From Clostridiales bacterium (GTDB taxonomy: Bacteria > Bacillota > Clostridia > Christensenellales > Aristaeellaceae): DNA of 64,000 bases. The position numbers were made by a program, and so were the translations under genes. The notes under the pieces were generated by a model that was not told where the DNA came from, did not search any database, and saw nothing but the letters and a program-made list of their open reading frames with translations. Shown in pieces: positions 1 to 8,910 of the stretch (position 1 is its first letter; the number at the start of each line of letters is the position of its first letter). The stretch is from contig JAFGGL010000063.1 of the NCBI GenBank assembly GCA_016930575.1, positions 8,522-72,521 on the forward strand. The letters run 5' to 3'.

Positions 1-133
1 GAAGCGGACACAATGGTCTCTAACTACATTTTGCTTCAATCACAGGATACGTACATCGATATTATCCTTTCCACGGCACGAAAATAGCCGCAAGAACTAC
101 GGATGCTATTGGAGTTTTTCTGCGCGAAAGGTT

Positions 134-177
134 TTGATTTTTCTTTCTAATAATGGTAAAATGATACCATTGGTATC
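134..177 (+). promoter_or_regulatory. Sigma-70-type promoter (-35 TTGATT 134-139, 17-nt spacer, TG-extended -10 TAAAAT 157-162) followed directly by a perfect 7-1-7 palindrome GATACCAtTGGTATC (163-177), a candidate operator
   Basis: Read directly from sequence. It lies 54 nt upstream of the ATG at 231. Confidence 0.45.
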
Positions 178-230
178 GAATATAAAGTATAAACCGACTG
201 ACAATTCAACAGTATGAAAGGAGACGTATA

Positions 231-890
231 ATGAAGATCTTTAAAAATGACGACCTCTCCGCTTGCGTGGCGACCGGTTGGTATATGGGTCTGCTTGCCG
301 GTATCGGTGGTTTTATCCACGGTCTTGGTGCAGCGCTTCAAGGCAGTACATCGACAAATGGATTATGGATAAAGACTTGGAGCAGCGGCCCGATCTTTGA
401 GTATTTAGATGGATCGCCCGCCCTTACTATCGTGCCGAATTTCCTGATCACAGGTATACTAGCGATGCTCGCGGCACTCTTGCTGATGTATGTTACCATC
501 GCATGCGCGAAGAAGAAATACGGCGGCCTATACATCGTATCCGCTTCCGCTATCATGCTTTTAACAGGAGGTGGAATCATTTCGCCTATTGTTGGTATTC
601 TAGCCGGATCATGTGTAATGGGTTACCAGGAAGTCACGACCGGTAAGCCGCTTGGCACCTGGGAGAAACTACTGGCCTCTCTATGGCCGTATCTGTCCGC
701 AGTCACAGTAATCATTGTAGCGTTTACAGCCGTCGTGCCCATGATTTTCGCAGGTTTTGCAGCCCCTTACTATACAAAATCATCCACCCTGACATATGCG
801 GTGCCCATATTGCTTATGATCGCGCTAAACTTTCTGAGCCGTTTTCATGACGCAAAAATCGTTATAGACAAAAATGTCGGAGACCAATAG
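231..890 (+). CDS. Hypothetical polytopic membrane protein
   Basis: 219-aa ORF with its ATG preceded by GAAAGGAG. Several hydrophobic segments. No family recognised. Confidence 0.6.
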   Translation: MKIFKNDDLSACVATGWYMGLLAGIGGFIHGLGAALQGSTSTNGLWIKTWSSGPIFEYLDGSPALTIVPNFLITGILAMLAALLLMYVTIACAKKKYGGLYIVSASAIMLLTGGGIISPIVGILAGSCVMGYQEVTTGKPLGTWEKLLASLWPYLSAVTVIIVAFTAVVPMIFAGFAAPYYTKSSTLTYAVPILLMIALNFLSRFHDAKIVIDKNVGDQ

Positions 891-1692
891 TTCCAGCGGT
901 TATTTCAACTGCGGCATGCCGTATAACAAATACGGCACCGGTCCGAAAACACTCATCATTTTCCAGGGATTGGTCTTTGAGAACAAGCCGCTTTCCAGCA
1001 TGATGAGCACACAGTTCACCAAGATGTACGGCGGCCTGGAAAACGACTACACGATCTACGTCGTCAACCGGAAACCGGGTATGGCCGAAGGCATGACGAT
1101 GACGGACATCGCAAACGAGTACGCCGATATGGTACGGGAGGAGTTCGGCGGTCCGATGGACGTGCTGGGCATCTCCACCGGCGGTTCGCTTGTACAGCAC
1201 TTCGCGGCAGACCATCCGGAGCTGGTGCGCAAACTCGTCATCCACTCCGCGGCCCATACGCTTAATGAAAAAGCGAAACAGGGACAGATGCTGGTTGCGA
1301 AGCTGGCGCGGCAAAAGAAATGGTGGAAAGCCTATGCCACGCTGATGGGCGTTTCGCTCCCAGAGCGGGGGTTAAAAAAAGCGCTGCTCAAATCGTTCTA
1401 CGGTTTCATCGCGCTGTTTGGCGGCATGATCTTCGGCAAGCCGAAGCAGCACCCCTTCGACGTCGCCGTCACGATCGAAGCCGAAGATACCCACGCCTTT
1501 AAGGGTAGGCTGCACGAGATCACAGCGCCCACGCTGCTGATCGCCGGCGCAAAAGATCCCTTCTACTCGCCGGAGCTGTTCCGCGAAACGGCGGCAGGCA
1601 TCCCCGATTGCAAACTCTTACTCTATCCGAACATGGCGCATCCGGCCATGGGCCGGGAATTCAAGGTCGAACTGGCCGCGTTTCTCAAGTAG
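874..1692 (+). CDS. Alpha/beta-fold hydrolase
   Basis: 272-aa ORF with a G-x-S-x-G nucleophile elbow (LGISTGGSL) and a C-terminal His (NMAHP). The start is uncertain: ATG 874 overlaps the upstream gene by 17 nt, and ATG 916 is an alternative. Confidence 0.7.
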   Translation: MSETNSSSGYFNCGMPYNKYGTGPKTLIIFQGLVFENKPLSSMMSTQFTKMYGGLENDYTIYVVNRKPGMAEGMTMTDIANEYADMVREEFGGPMDVLGISTGGSLVQHFAADHPELVRKLVIHSAAHTLNEKAKQGQMLVAKLARQKKWWKAYATLMGVSLPERGLKKALLKSFYGFIALFGGMIFGKPKQHPFDVAVTIEAEDTHAFKGRLHEITAPTLLIAGAKDPFYSPELFRETAAGIPDCKLLLYPNMAHPAMGREFKVELAAFLK

Positions 1693-1703
1693 CCGGATAA
1701 CAC

Positions 1704-1733
1704 AAAGCCGCCGGATATCCGGCGGCTTTTTTT
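1704..1733. terminator. Intrinsic terminator hairpin (GCCGCCGGATATCCGGCGGC followed by a T-run) between convergent genes
   Basis: Perfect GC-rich palindromic stem flanked by AAA and TTTTTTT. Confidence 0.7.
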
Positions 1734-1764
1734 GATTGCCGATACTGTATTTGCGGGAAACGGA

Positions 1765-2124
1765 TCACAGGTCATCCGCGAGCATCTTTTTATACTCTTT
1801 GTTGTGTTTGGCTGGATGATGGTTCTTCCGGTAATAATGTTTGCAGACGAAATAGATAGCCAGGTGCACCGCCGCCGGTACATACAGAAAACCGATTTTC
1901 AAAACGAGTGCAAAGAAGCCGGCGGAACCGTACTGCGTCAAAAAGGCTCCGAATGCCTCTGTCTCCGGAAACACGGTAAGCAGAAATATAAGAAACACAC
2001 TTGCCCCAACGAAGCATACCGCGGGCAAGATGAGCCCGTGCCAGATGCTTTCCCGGTACGAGAGCCAAACCTCGGCTCCCCAGCTCAGCACAACGGACGC
2101 GGCCGTTATCCAAAACCAGGTCAT
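1765..2124 (-). CDS. Small membrane protein (3-4 TM), hypothetical
   Basis: 119-aa hydrophobic ORF. Its start overlaps the stop of the upstream DUF2089-like gene (ATGA), suggesting a two-gene operon. Confidence 0.55.
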   Translation of the reverse strand: MTWFWITAASVVLSWGAEVWLSYRESIWHGLILPAVCFVGASVFLIFLLTVFPETEAFGAFLTQYGSAGFFALVLKIGFLYVPAAVHLAIYFVCKHYYRKNHHPAKHNKEYKKMLADDL

Positions 2125-2417
2125 TTTGAATCCCCCTTCGTTTCGCGGTAGGCGGTGATGATGGTCTTCGCCACGTCCAGATCGACCTTCTCGTCGACCG
2201 CCAGCCGCTTCAACAGGCCAATGAACGGATCTTCCTCCGCGTGTTCGGACATTTTGATTTTCTGGATCAGGCGGTCCAGCCGCAGCCGCACCGTGGGATA
2301 TGACACCCCGTATATCTCCGCGATTTCCTTCAGCGACCCGGACGCCAGGATGAATTTCTTGATGAAGTTAATATCCTCCGCATCCAAATCTGATAACCAA
2401 GCAGCTTCATAGGCCAT
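2121..2417 (-). CDS. DUF2089-like helix-turn-helix protein lacking the N-terminal zinc ribbon
   Basis: Internal ATG at 2417 (MAYEAAW...) preceded by GGGGGGA. The motif FIKKFILASGSLKEIAEIYGVSYPTVRLRLDRLI matches the C-terminal half of DUF2089 as I recall it. The listed ORF start at 2522 lies in AT-rich non-coding-looking sequence. Confidence 0.55.
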   Translation of the reverse strand: MAYEAAWLSDLDAEDINFIKKFILASGSLKEIAEIYGVSYPTVRLRLDRLIQKIKMSEHAEEDPFIGLLKRLAVDEKVDLDVAKTIITAYRETKGDSK

Positions 2418-2618
2418 TGATGTATCCCCCCTGCACCGTCGATTATATATATTAGTGATCCGATTGTCAACTATATTTTTAATTATTTTAATTATATCTT
2501 TAGATTTATTAATCCTTATCATAATATAGAAGAAATCGATACAATGTTGTTGCAGCGCAAAAGAGGCGTGTATCCCTGCCGGGATTCACGCCTCCTTTGC
2601 AAGTTGTTTCCTTGCCGG

Positions 2619-3338
2619 CTAATCCTGCGCGCCGACCTCCACGCAGTATCCGGTATGGCCGCATTTGGGGCACTGCAGCAGACGTGTTTTGGGCGTATGT
2701 TTGGAAAACAACAGCTTCCGCATCGTCGGTCTGAACTGCTCGCTGCAATTCGCGCAGACGTACGCAGTGTTGCGGTGGTACATCCGGGTGATGAGCAGCC
2801 CCATCAGGATTACGACCGGCATTCCGGCCGCGAACGGCCACCAGATCCCTTTGAAGATCCACAGCAGTATCCCTGCGATCTCGATGAGATCCATGAGGAT
2901 GCCGACGATCAGCATCACGGCATGCGTTTTGCGCAGTTTCTTTTGGTTGTTCATGATGTGTTCCATGCCGCTGATGGAATTGACCGGCAGTGCGTCCGAT
3001 GCGCGGATGCTGTCCTGAATAATCTTGATCAGGTCCAGCTGTTTCTGCCTGTCTTCGATATCCGCGCCGATAATCCGCGCCTGTTCGTCCAGCAGGAGCA
3101 GGAGCACCTGGGTTTTGTTTTCGCTCTCCAGTATCCCCTTGATGGACGAAAGCGCGAGCCCCAGTGATTTCAGCATGCAGATCAGGCGCAGTTTTTCCAA
3201 GCCGTCTTCCGAATACAAGCGCCTGCCGCCCTCCGTAAGTTCGGATGGCTTGAGCAGGTCTTTCGTATCGTAGAACTGCACCGTCCGCACCGAAACGTCG
3301 CACGCCTTGGCAAGGTCTCCGGTCGTGTATTGCGGCAT
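2619..3338 (-). CDS. MerR-family transcriptional regulator fused to two TM helices and a C-terminal CxxC...CxxC zinc ribbon
   Basis: The N-terminus YTTGDLAKACDVSVRTVQFYDTKDLLKPSE..GGRRLYSEDGLEKLRLI is a canonical MerR HTH. It is followed by a coiled coil, hydrophobic segments (AVMLIVGILMDLIEIAGILLWIF, WPFAAGMPVVILMGLLI), then CANC...CPKC. Confidence 0.8.
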   Translation of the reverse strand: MPQYTTGDLAKACDVSVRTVQFYDTKDLLKPSELTEGGRRLYSEDGLEKLRLICMLKSLGLALSSIKGILESENKTQVLLLLLDEQARIIGADIEDRQKQLDLIKIIQDSIRASDALPVNSISGMEHIMNNQKKLRKTHAVMLIVGILMDLIEIAGILLWIFKGIWWPFAAGMPVVILMGLLITRMYHRNTAYVCANCSEQFRPTMRKLLFSKHTPKTRLLQCPKCGHTGYCVEVGAQD

Positions 3339-3359
3339 AGAGTATCCCTCCTCGGCCCT

Positions 3360-3390
3360 ATCCTACAACGTGACGCTGCGTCACAAGCAA
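3360..3390 (-). promoter_or_regulatory. MerR-type promoter: -35 TTGCTT, 19-nt spacer containing the perfect dyad GTGACGCaGCGTCAC, -10 TAGGAT
   Basis: Read on the minus strand upstream of the MerR gene. A 19-bp spacer carrying a dyad operator is the hallmark of MerR-family promoters. Confidence 0.5.
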
Positions 3391-3434
3391 GGGGTTACGT
3401 AAGGGGATTTTTCATGTTTTTAAAGATTTTTTGC

Positions 3435-4250
3435 CTAGATTTGTATTCCGGCCGCCTCCAAGGCGCTTATCAGCGCGGTCAGCGCGTCCTGGGCGGCCGT
3501 CAGGCCGCCGCCGTTGGCGGCCATCATATAGGTATCCAGCAGCGAAAGCAGTTGCGAAACGGTGTCCGGGTTTTCAAGCGCAACGATCGCCGCCTCGACG
3601 GCGATGGTATCCAGATACAGGCCCTGCGTCGCCATGTAAAGCTGCAGCCCGGTGTACTCGTCCACCTGCAGCTGGGCGTCCGCAAGCCCGCTCATCAGCG
3701 CCTCCAGCGTTTCCGCAACGGCGGCGGCGGCGTTTGCGTCCAAAGCCTCCTCATAGGCCTCCAGCAGCGCGGTCAAACCGGCGGCCGTCTCCTCGTCCGT
3801 CACAAGGGCGATGGCATCCGCCACCTTGTCGGCGTCCAGGAAACGTCCGCACTCCCTGCCGTAGGTATAGCTGTAATTCATCGGCCCGCCGCCGGGGACC
3901 TCCACGCCCGCGGCCTGCAGGGCGTTGCGCAGCTCGTTCAATGCCGCCTGCTCCTGCGCCAGGCTTTCGCCCGACGTGCAAATCTGATATTGCTGCAACA
4001 GCCGCAGCAGCTGCGTCTTCATCTCCCTGTCCTGCACCTGGTTGATCGCGTCTTCGATCGCGTTCACATTGATGAAGATCGGATCGCCCAAGCCGTACTG
4101 CATGGGCTGCATCTCGCCTTGGTTTGGCGTTTGGCCTCCACCGGAACCCGAATTGCTTCCCTGCGGCCCACCGCCCTGCGCGAACGCAGCGGTACAGGCC
4201 AGCGCAACGGATATAAGCAATGCGATTGCAACTATGATGTTTTTCTTCAT
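3435..4250 (-). CDS. Secreted helical-repeat protein, hypothetical
   Basis: Internal ATG at 4250 gives MKKNIIVAIALLISVALACTAAFAQ, a signal peptide. The motif xLLxLLxxY/ALxAA recurs. The listed ORF start at 4412 adds a non-signal extension. Confidence 0.6.
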   Translation of the reverse strand: MKKNIIVAIALLISVALACTAAFAQGGGPQGSNSGSGGGQTPNQGEMQPMQYGLGDPIFINVNAIEDAINQVQDREMKTQLLRLLQQYQICTSGESLAQEQAALNELRNALQAAGVEVPGGGPMNYSYTYGRECGRFLDADKVADAIALVTDEETAAGLTALLEAYEEALDANAAAAVAETLEALMSGLADAQLQVDEYTGLQLYMATQGLYLDTIAVEAAIVALENPDTVSQLLSLLDTYMMAANGGGLTAAQDALTALISALEAAGIQI

Positions 4251-4495
4251 AACGACCATCCTTATCCACTTAAGTACTCGGCATCTCCGCCTGTATACTA
4301 TACGCCTGACATCCGCCAGATATTCCGCGGCTGCTGAACAGCATCGTTGAAACCCTCCGGTTTCATCACATCCTATACCCATTATACTACCTGGAAAAGC
4401 AAGACGCCACAAGAAAAACCGTCAGGATAAACGGGGCGCCGGGGGACGGTTGACGACAAATCTTTTACGCTTGATACAAAAAAGCCGGGAAAGTA

Positions 4496-4524
4496 TTGAT
4501 AACCGTCTCATTCATCGGTATACT
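4496..4524 (+). promoter_or_regulatory. Candidate sigma-70 promoter for tkt (-35 TTGATA, 17 nt, -10 TATACT)
   Basis: Read directly. It lies 33 nt upstream of AGGAGG-ATG. Confidence 0.45.
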
Positions 4525-4556
4525 CTTTTTAGGAAAACAAACAGGAGGATTTTTGA

Positions 4557-6533
4557 ATGGATATTCGGGAAAAGACCATCAACACCATCCGGACACTGTC
4601 GGCCGATATGGTGCAGAAAGCCAACAGCGGGCACCCGGGCGCGCCGATGGGTATGGCGCCGATGGCGTACGCGGTATGGGCGCAGGCCATGAACCATAAC
4701 CCCGCGAATCCGAACTGGGTCAACCGCGACCGCTTCGTGCTGTCGGCCGGGCATGCCAGCGCGCTGATCTATTCCCTTTTGCACCTGTTCGGCTACGGGC
4801 TGCCGATGGAGGAGCTCAAAGCCTTCCGCCAGTGGGGCAGCAAAACACCCGGGCATCCGGAATACGGCCACACCGTGGGCGTGGAGACCACCACCGGCCC
4901 GCTGGGCCAGGGCATCGCAAACGCCGTGGGCTTCGCCATCGCCGAAACCATGCTTGCGGGAAAATTCAACCGCGACGGTTTCCCGATGATCGACCATTAC
5001 ACCTACTGCTTCTGCGGCGACGGCTGCATGATGGAAGGGATCTCGTCCGAGGCGGCTTCCCTCGCCGGCACGCTGAAGCTCGGCAAGCTTATACTCCTGT
5101 ATGACGATAACGAGATCTCCATCGAAGGCGACACCGCCATCGCCTTCCGGGAAGACGTCGGCGCGCGGTTTGCGGCTTACGGCTGGCACGTGGTGAAACT
5201 GGCGGACGGCAACGATCCCGACGCGATCTTGAACGCCGTTGAAGCCGCCAAGGCGGACGAACGGCCTTCGCTGATCGTGGTCCCCACCACCATCGGCTTC
5301 GGCTGCAGCGCCAAAGCGGGCACGGCCGGCGCGCACGGCGAGCCGCTGGGCGACGAGAACGTGAAAGCCACCAAAGAATGCCTGGGTATGCCCGCGGAAG
5401 ATTTCTGCGTGCTGCCGGAGGTCTACGAACACCTGAAAACCGTCGCCGCCAGAGGCGCGCAGACGGAAAACGAATGGAACGCGTTATTCGCGAGATATCA
5501 AAACGCGTACGCCGATCTCGCGGCCGAGTGGGATACCTGGTTCTCCAAGGAACTGCCCGTTGACGTCGCTAAAAGCAAGGACTTCTGGGAGTTCCCCGCA
5601 AGCATGGCCACGCGCAATACCTCGTATACCATCATCAACCGCCTGGCGGCCATCGTTCCAAACCTGGTCGGCGGCTCCGCCGACCTGGCGCCCTCCACCA
5701 AAACCCTCATCAAGGACGGCGGCGATTACTCCGCCGAAAACCGCGCCGGGCGCAACCTGCACTTCGGCGTACGCGAACACGCGATGGCGGCGATCTCAAA
5801 CGGCATCGCCATCCACGGCGGCCTGCGCGTTTACTGCGCGACCTTCTTCGTGTTCTCGGATTACATGAAAAACGCCATGCGTCTGTCCGCCATGATGAAG
5901 GCGCCGGTGACCTACGTGCTCACGCACGACAGCATCGGCGTGGGCGAGGACGGCCCAACACACCAGCCCATCGAACACCTTGCGGGCCTCAGGGCTATCC
6001 CCGGCATGACGGTGTTTCGCCCCGCCGACGGCCCCGAGACCGCCGCCGGCTGGCTGACGGCGCTGACCATCGGCGGCCCGGTCTGCCTGGTGCTGACACG
6101 GCAGAACCTGAAGCTGCAAAAGGGCAGCGGCGAGATCGCTGAAAAGGGCGGGTACATCCTGTCCGACAGCAAAAAGGAAACCCCGCAGCTACTGCTCATG
6201 GGCAGCGGCAGCGAGGTGGAACCCCTGATGGAGGCGCAGGAGATGCTTTGGAGCAAGGGCGTCGACGCCCGCGTGATCTCCATGCCGAGCATGGAGCTGT
6301 TCGAGCGGCAGCCGGAAGCGTACAAAGATAGCGTGATGCCCAGGAGCGTCCGCAAACGTATCGCGATGGAAGCTGGTTCCTCCATGCCCTGGTACAGGTA
6401 CGTAGGGCTTGACGGCGCTACGGTCTGCCTCGACCGTTTCGGCGCCTCCGCCCCGGGAGGAATCCTGTTCAGGGAGTTCGGCCTGACGGCGGAGCATGCG
6501 GCGGAAACCGCGGAAAAGCTGATGAAAGCGTAA
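4557..6533 (+). CDS. tkt: Transketolase
   Basis: 658 aa. N-terminus [27 protein letters not shown], with [10 protein letters not shown] (TPP-binding) and full-length colinearity with the family. Confidence 0.97.
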   Translation: MDIREKTINTIRTLSADMVQKANSGHPGAPMGMAPMAYAVWAQAMNHNPANPNWVNRDRFVLSAGHASALIYSLLHLFGYGLPMEELKAFRQWGSKTPGHPEYGHTVGVETTTGPLGQGIANAVGFAIAETMLAGKFNRDGFPMIDHYTYCFCGDGCMMEGISSEAASLAGTLKLGKLILLYDDNEISIEGDTAIAFREDVGARFAAYGWHVVKLADGNDPDAILNAVEAAKADERPSLIVVPTTIGFGCSAKAGTAGAHGEPLGDENVKATKECLGMPAEDFCVLPEVYEHLKTVAARGAQTENEWNALFARYQNAYADLAAEWDTWFSKELPVDVAKSKDFWEFPASMATRNTSYTIINRLAAIVPNLVGGSADLAPSTKTLIKDGGDYSAENRAGRNLHFGVREHAMAAISNGIAIHGGLRVYCATFFVFSDYMKNAMRLSAMMKAPVTYVLTHDSIGVGEDGPTHQPIEHLAGLRAIPGMTVFRPADGPETAAGWLTALTIGGPVCLVLTRQNLKLQKGSGEIAEKGGYILSDSKKETPQLLLMGSGSEVEPLMEAQEMLWSKGVDARVISMPSMELFERQPEAYKDSVMPRSVRKRIAMEAGSSMPWYRYVGLDGATVCLDRFGASAPGGILFREFGLTAEHAAETAEKLMKA

Positions 6534-6558
6534 TCATTCCTCTCGGCATACACCAAAC

Positions 6559-6596
6559 AGACGGCAGGCAATACGCAAACGTATTGCCTGCCGTCT
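6559..6596 (+). terminator. 17-bp perfect hairpin downstream of tkt (AGACGGCAGGCAATACG caaa CGTATTGCCTGCCGTCT)
   Basis: Read directly. The T-tract after the stem is weak. Confidence 0.55.
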
Positions 6597-6622
6597 TGAA
6601 CTGCGGGGATGTACCCATTATA

Positions 6623-7462
6623 ATGGGGACATCACAGGCGGAAAGGCGGCGTGAACGATTGAAGAAATCCGTACCCGACAGCAGGTCTTGCGCCCGGCAC
6701 GAACGTACCGCCTATTTCCACAAAAACATCATGAACGGAGTGGAAATCAAGCAATGCAAGGGCAATCCGCATGATTTCAAAACCCACGTGCATGCCGAGT
6801 TGTCGATAGGGTATATCCTGTTCGGATCGACGGATTTATGTATGAGCGACCGCACGATCCATTTCGGAGCGGGCGACGGCGTAATCATCCCGCCGCTGGT
6901 TTCGCACCGGTGCTCGCCACAGGATATCCGCAGGTGGGAATATATCATGATGTACATCCATCCAGATCGCTATGAGGATATCGTCTGTTTTCCGCAACCC
7001 AGAAAGATCGAAGGCCCTGCCGTGCATCGGTTGATCGGTTATGCTACGCGCCTGCTGGCGGAACAAGCCTCCGACGTTTTGGAGACCACGGTGCTTGAAC
7101 TGCTGCTGGAGCTCGGCGATTCTATCATGCCGGATTCCCCGGATATGGGGATCATCGAACAGGTTCGCGACTATATCGCCGGGCATGTTTACGACACCGT
7201 CACCCTGGAGCAGCTTGAGCGGTTGACGGGGCTGAATAAATTCACCCTGATCAGAAACTTCAAGAAAGCCTACATCACCACACCGGCCTCTTTCCATCTG
7301 CAATGTCGGGTTGCGGAAGCCAAACAACAAATGAACCGGGGCTGCGACGTGCTCACCCTCTGCGATGAGCTGCACTTTTTCGATCAGGCGCATTTCATCA
7401 GGGAATTCCGCAGGATGTACGGCATCACGCCAAGCGCATATGTAAAGCAGCTTCACGCGTAA
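6623..7462 (+). CDS. AraC-family transcriptional regulator (cupin sensor plus AraC HTH)
   Basis: C-terminal LERLTGLNKFTLIRNFKKAY...HFFDQAHFIREFRRMYGITPSAY is typical AraC. The start is uncertain: the listed start at 6584 lies inside the tkt terminator hairpin, and the in-frame candidates are ATG 6623, TTG 6659 and ATG 6731. Confidence 0.8.
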   Translation: MGTSQAERRRERLKKSVPDSRSCARHERTAYFHKNIMNGVEIKQCKGNPHDFKTHVHAELSIGYILFGSTDLCMSDRTIHFGAGDGVIIPPLVSHRCSPQDIRRWEYIMMYIHPDRYEDIVCFPQPRKIEGPAVHRLIGYATRLLAEQASDVLETTVLELLLELGDSIMPDSPDMGIIEQVRDYIAGHVYDTVTLEQLERLTGLNKFTLIRNFKKAYITTPASFHLQCRVAEAKQQMNRGCDVLTLCDELHFFDQAHFIREFRRMYGITPSAYVKQLHA

Positions 7463-7533
7463 TATCAATTCTATACAATACAACTGCATCGTCGCGGGAT
7501 ACACTGGCCTCAGCAACAAAAAGGAGGCCGGTT

Positions 7534-8433
7534 TTGAACAGATTAAAACTCATCCTCGTCATGGTGCTGTGGGGCAGCCTTGGCGTGTTTACCAAATCCG
7601 TCCCGCTGTCCGCGCTGCATTTGGCGTTTCTGCGCGCGCTGATCGCGCTGCCCGTGCTGTTCCTCGCCATGCGGCTGAAAAAAGCGTCGCAGCCGGCGCC
7701 GTGGAAACGGTATATCCCCTACATGATCTCGGGCGCGCTGCTTGGTTTCGGGTGGCTGACGTTATTCTTCGGCTACAAACTCACCAGCATCTCCTCCGCG
7801 GTGATCAGCTATAATATGTGCCCCGTGTATGTGATGGTCGCAGCACCGTTGATTCTGAAGGAAAGAATTCTAAAAAGCCAGATTGCCGTGATACTCGCTT
7901 CGTTCACCGGCTTGTTTTTGATCGTCGGGTATAATTTCCTGCAGGGATACGGCATGGCGGGCATACTGCTCAGCGCGCTTTCCGGCATGATCTACGCGGC
8001 AATCGTACTGCTCAACCGCGGCATCAAACAAAGAATTGACAGCCGCACCGCCACCTTTGTGCAAATCCTGACCGCAATGCTTGTGCTGCTGCCGTTTGTT
8101 TTGCTTAACGGCAATTTGGAGCAGATGGTTCGCATGGATTTGAAAGCCATAACCCTTACTGTATTATTGGGCGTGCTTCACACGGGCGTCGCCTATACGC
8201 TGTTTTTCTCGGTGTGTGAGCAGATGAAATCCGTAGAGATCGCGACCTACAGTTACTTCGAGCCGCTGTGCGGCATAATGTTCGGCGTCACTTTCCTCGG
8301 GGAATGCTTGTCCGCCGTGCAAATCGCCGGCGGGGTTTTGATTCTGGGATCGACCTACATCGGAGAGATGCTTAAAAACAGGCTCGCGGCCAAAGCCTGC
8401 AAAGCCGCGGAAGCGGCGGATACGGAAGCCTGA
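7534..8433 (+). CDS. EamA/DMT-family transporter
   Basis: 299 aa with 10 predicted TM segments in a two-EamA-repeat pattern. Confidence 0.8.
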   Translation: MNRLKLILVMVLWGSLGVFTKSVPLSALHLAFLRALIALPVLFLAMRLKKASQPAPWKRYIPYMISGALLGFGWLTLFFGYKLTSISSAVISYNMCPVYVMVAAPLILKERILKSQIAVILASFTGLFLIVGYNFLQGYGMAGILLSALSGMIYAAIVLLNRGIKQRIDSRTATFVQILTAMLVLLPFVLLNGNLEQMVRMDLKAITLTVLLGVLHTGVAYTLFFSVCEQMKSVEIATYSYFEPLCGIMFGVTFLGECLSAVQIAGGVLILGSTYIGEMLKNRLAAKACKAAEAADTEA

Positions 8434-8470
8434 ACATGAAGGGCATTGCTTCCCGCAGCTTCAAACAAAA

Positions 8471-8500
8471 GGCAGGTGATACAACTCCGTACCGCCTGCC
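8471..8500 (-). terminator. Hairpin (GGCAGG..CCTGCC) followed by TTTTGTTT on the minus strand, downstream of the 77-aa gene
   Basis: Read directly. It lies between convergent genes. Confidence 0.4.
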
Positions 8501-8520
8501 GTTATTCGGGTTTGATTATT

Positions 8521-8754
8521 CTACAGTGACGTCACATATTCACCGTTGTTATATTTTTCGATGGCCTGTTCTTCGGAGAGTACGGAGCTGTCGTAATACA
8601 CGCAGATCTCGCCGTCTTCGTCGATATAGGTTTCGGTGATATCCGCGCCTTCTTCCTCGCCCATCAGGTCTTCCAGCCTGTAGAACGTCCTTTCGCTTGC
8701 CGCGTCGTTCTCGTCAAACAGGAATACTCCGCCGTTTTTGAAAAACTCCAACAT
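8521..8754 (-). CDS. Small acidic hypothetical protein
   Basis: 77-aa ORF with coding-like composition. No family recognised. Confidence 0.45.
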   Translation of the reverse strand: MLEFFKNGGVFLFDENDAASERTFYRLEDLMGEEEGADITETYIDEDGEICVYYDSSVLSEEQAIEKYNNGEYVTSL

Positions 8755-8910
8755 CGTTACTGCTCCTTTTCAGTTTTTTCGGGCGCTACTACTATACATC
8801 GTAACCGTACCGACGGTCAACTGTTTGCAAACCCGCAGGCACGCATAGTACACGTCGGATAAATATGCTAAAATGACTGTATCGGAATAACAGGCATAGG
8901 AGGCGGGCCG

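Noticed and set aside
1-87. Open frame from the window edge ending at TAG 85-87 (..EADTMVSNYILLQSQDTYIDIILSTARK)
   Set aside because: Only 28 codons are visible and no motif was found. It may be the 3' end of an upstream gene, but it is not supportable as a feature.
3330-4337. 335-aa plus-strand ORF, and the 204-aa ORF at 3431-4045
   Set aside because: They are antisense to the signal-peptide-bearing secreted protein gene. The translations are R/Q/G/L-rich or P/R-rich, respectively.
8755-8910. Looked for a LexA/DinR (Cheo) box GAAC-N4-GTTC upstream of dinB
   Set aside because: No such motif or near variant is present. Only a TG-extended -10 (TGCTAAAAT) was seen.
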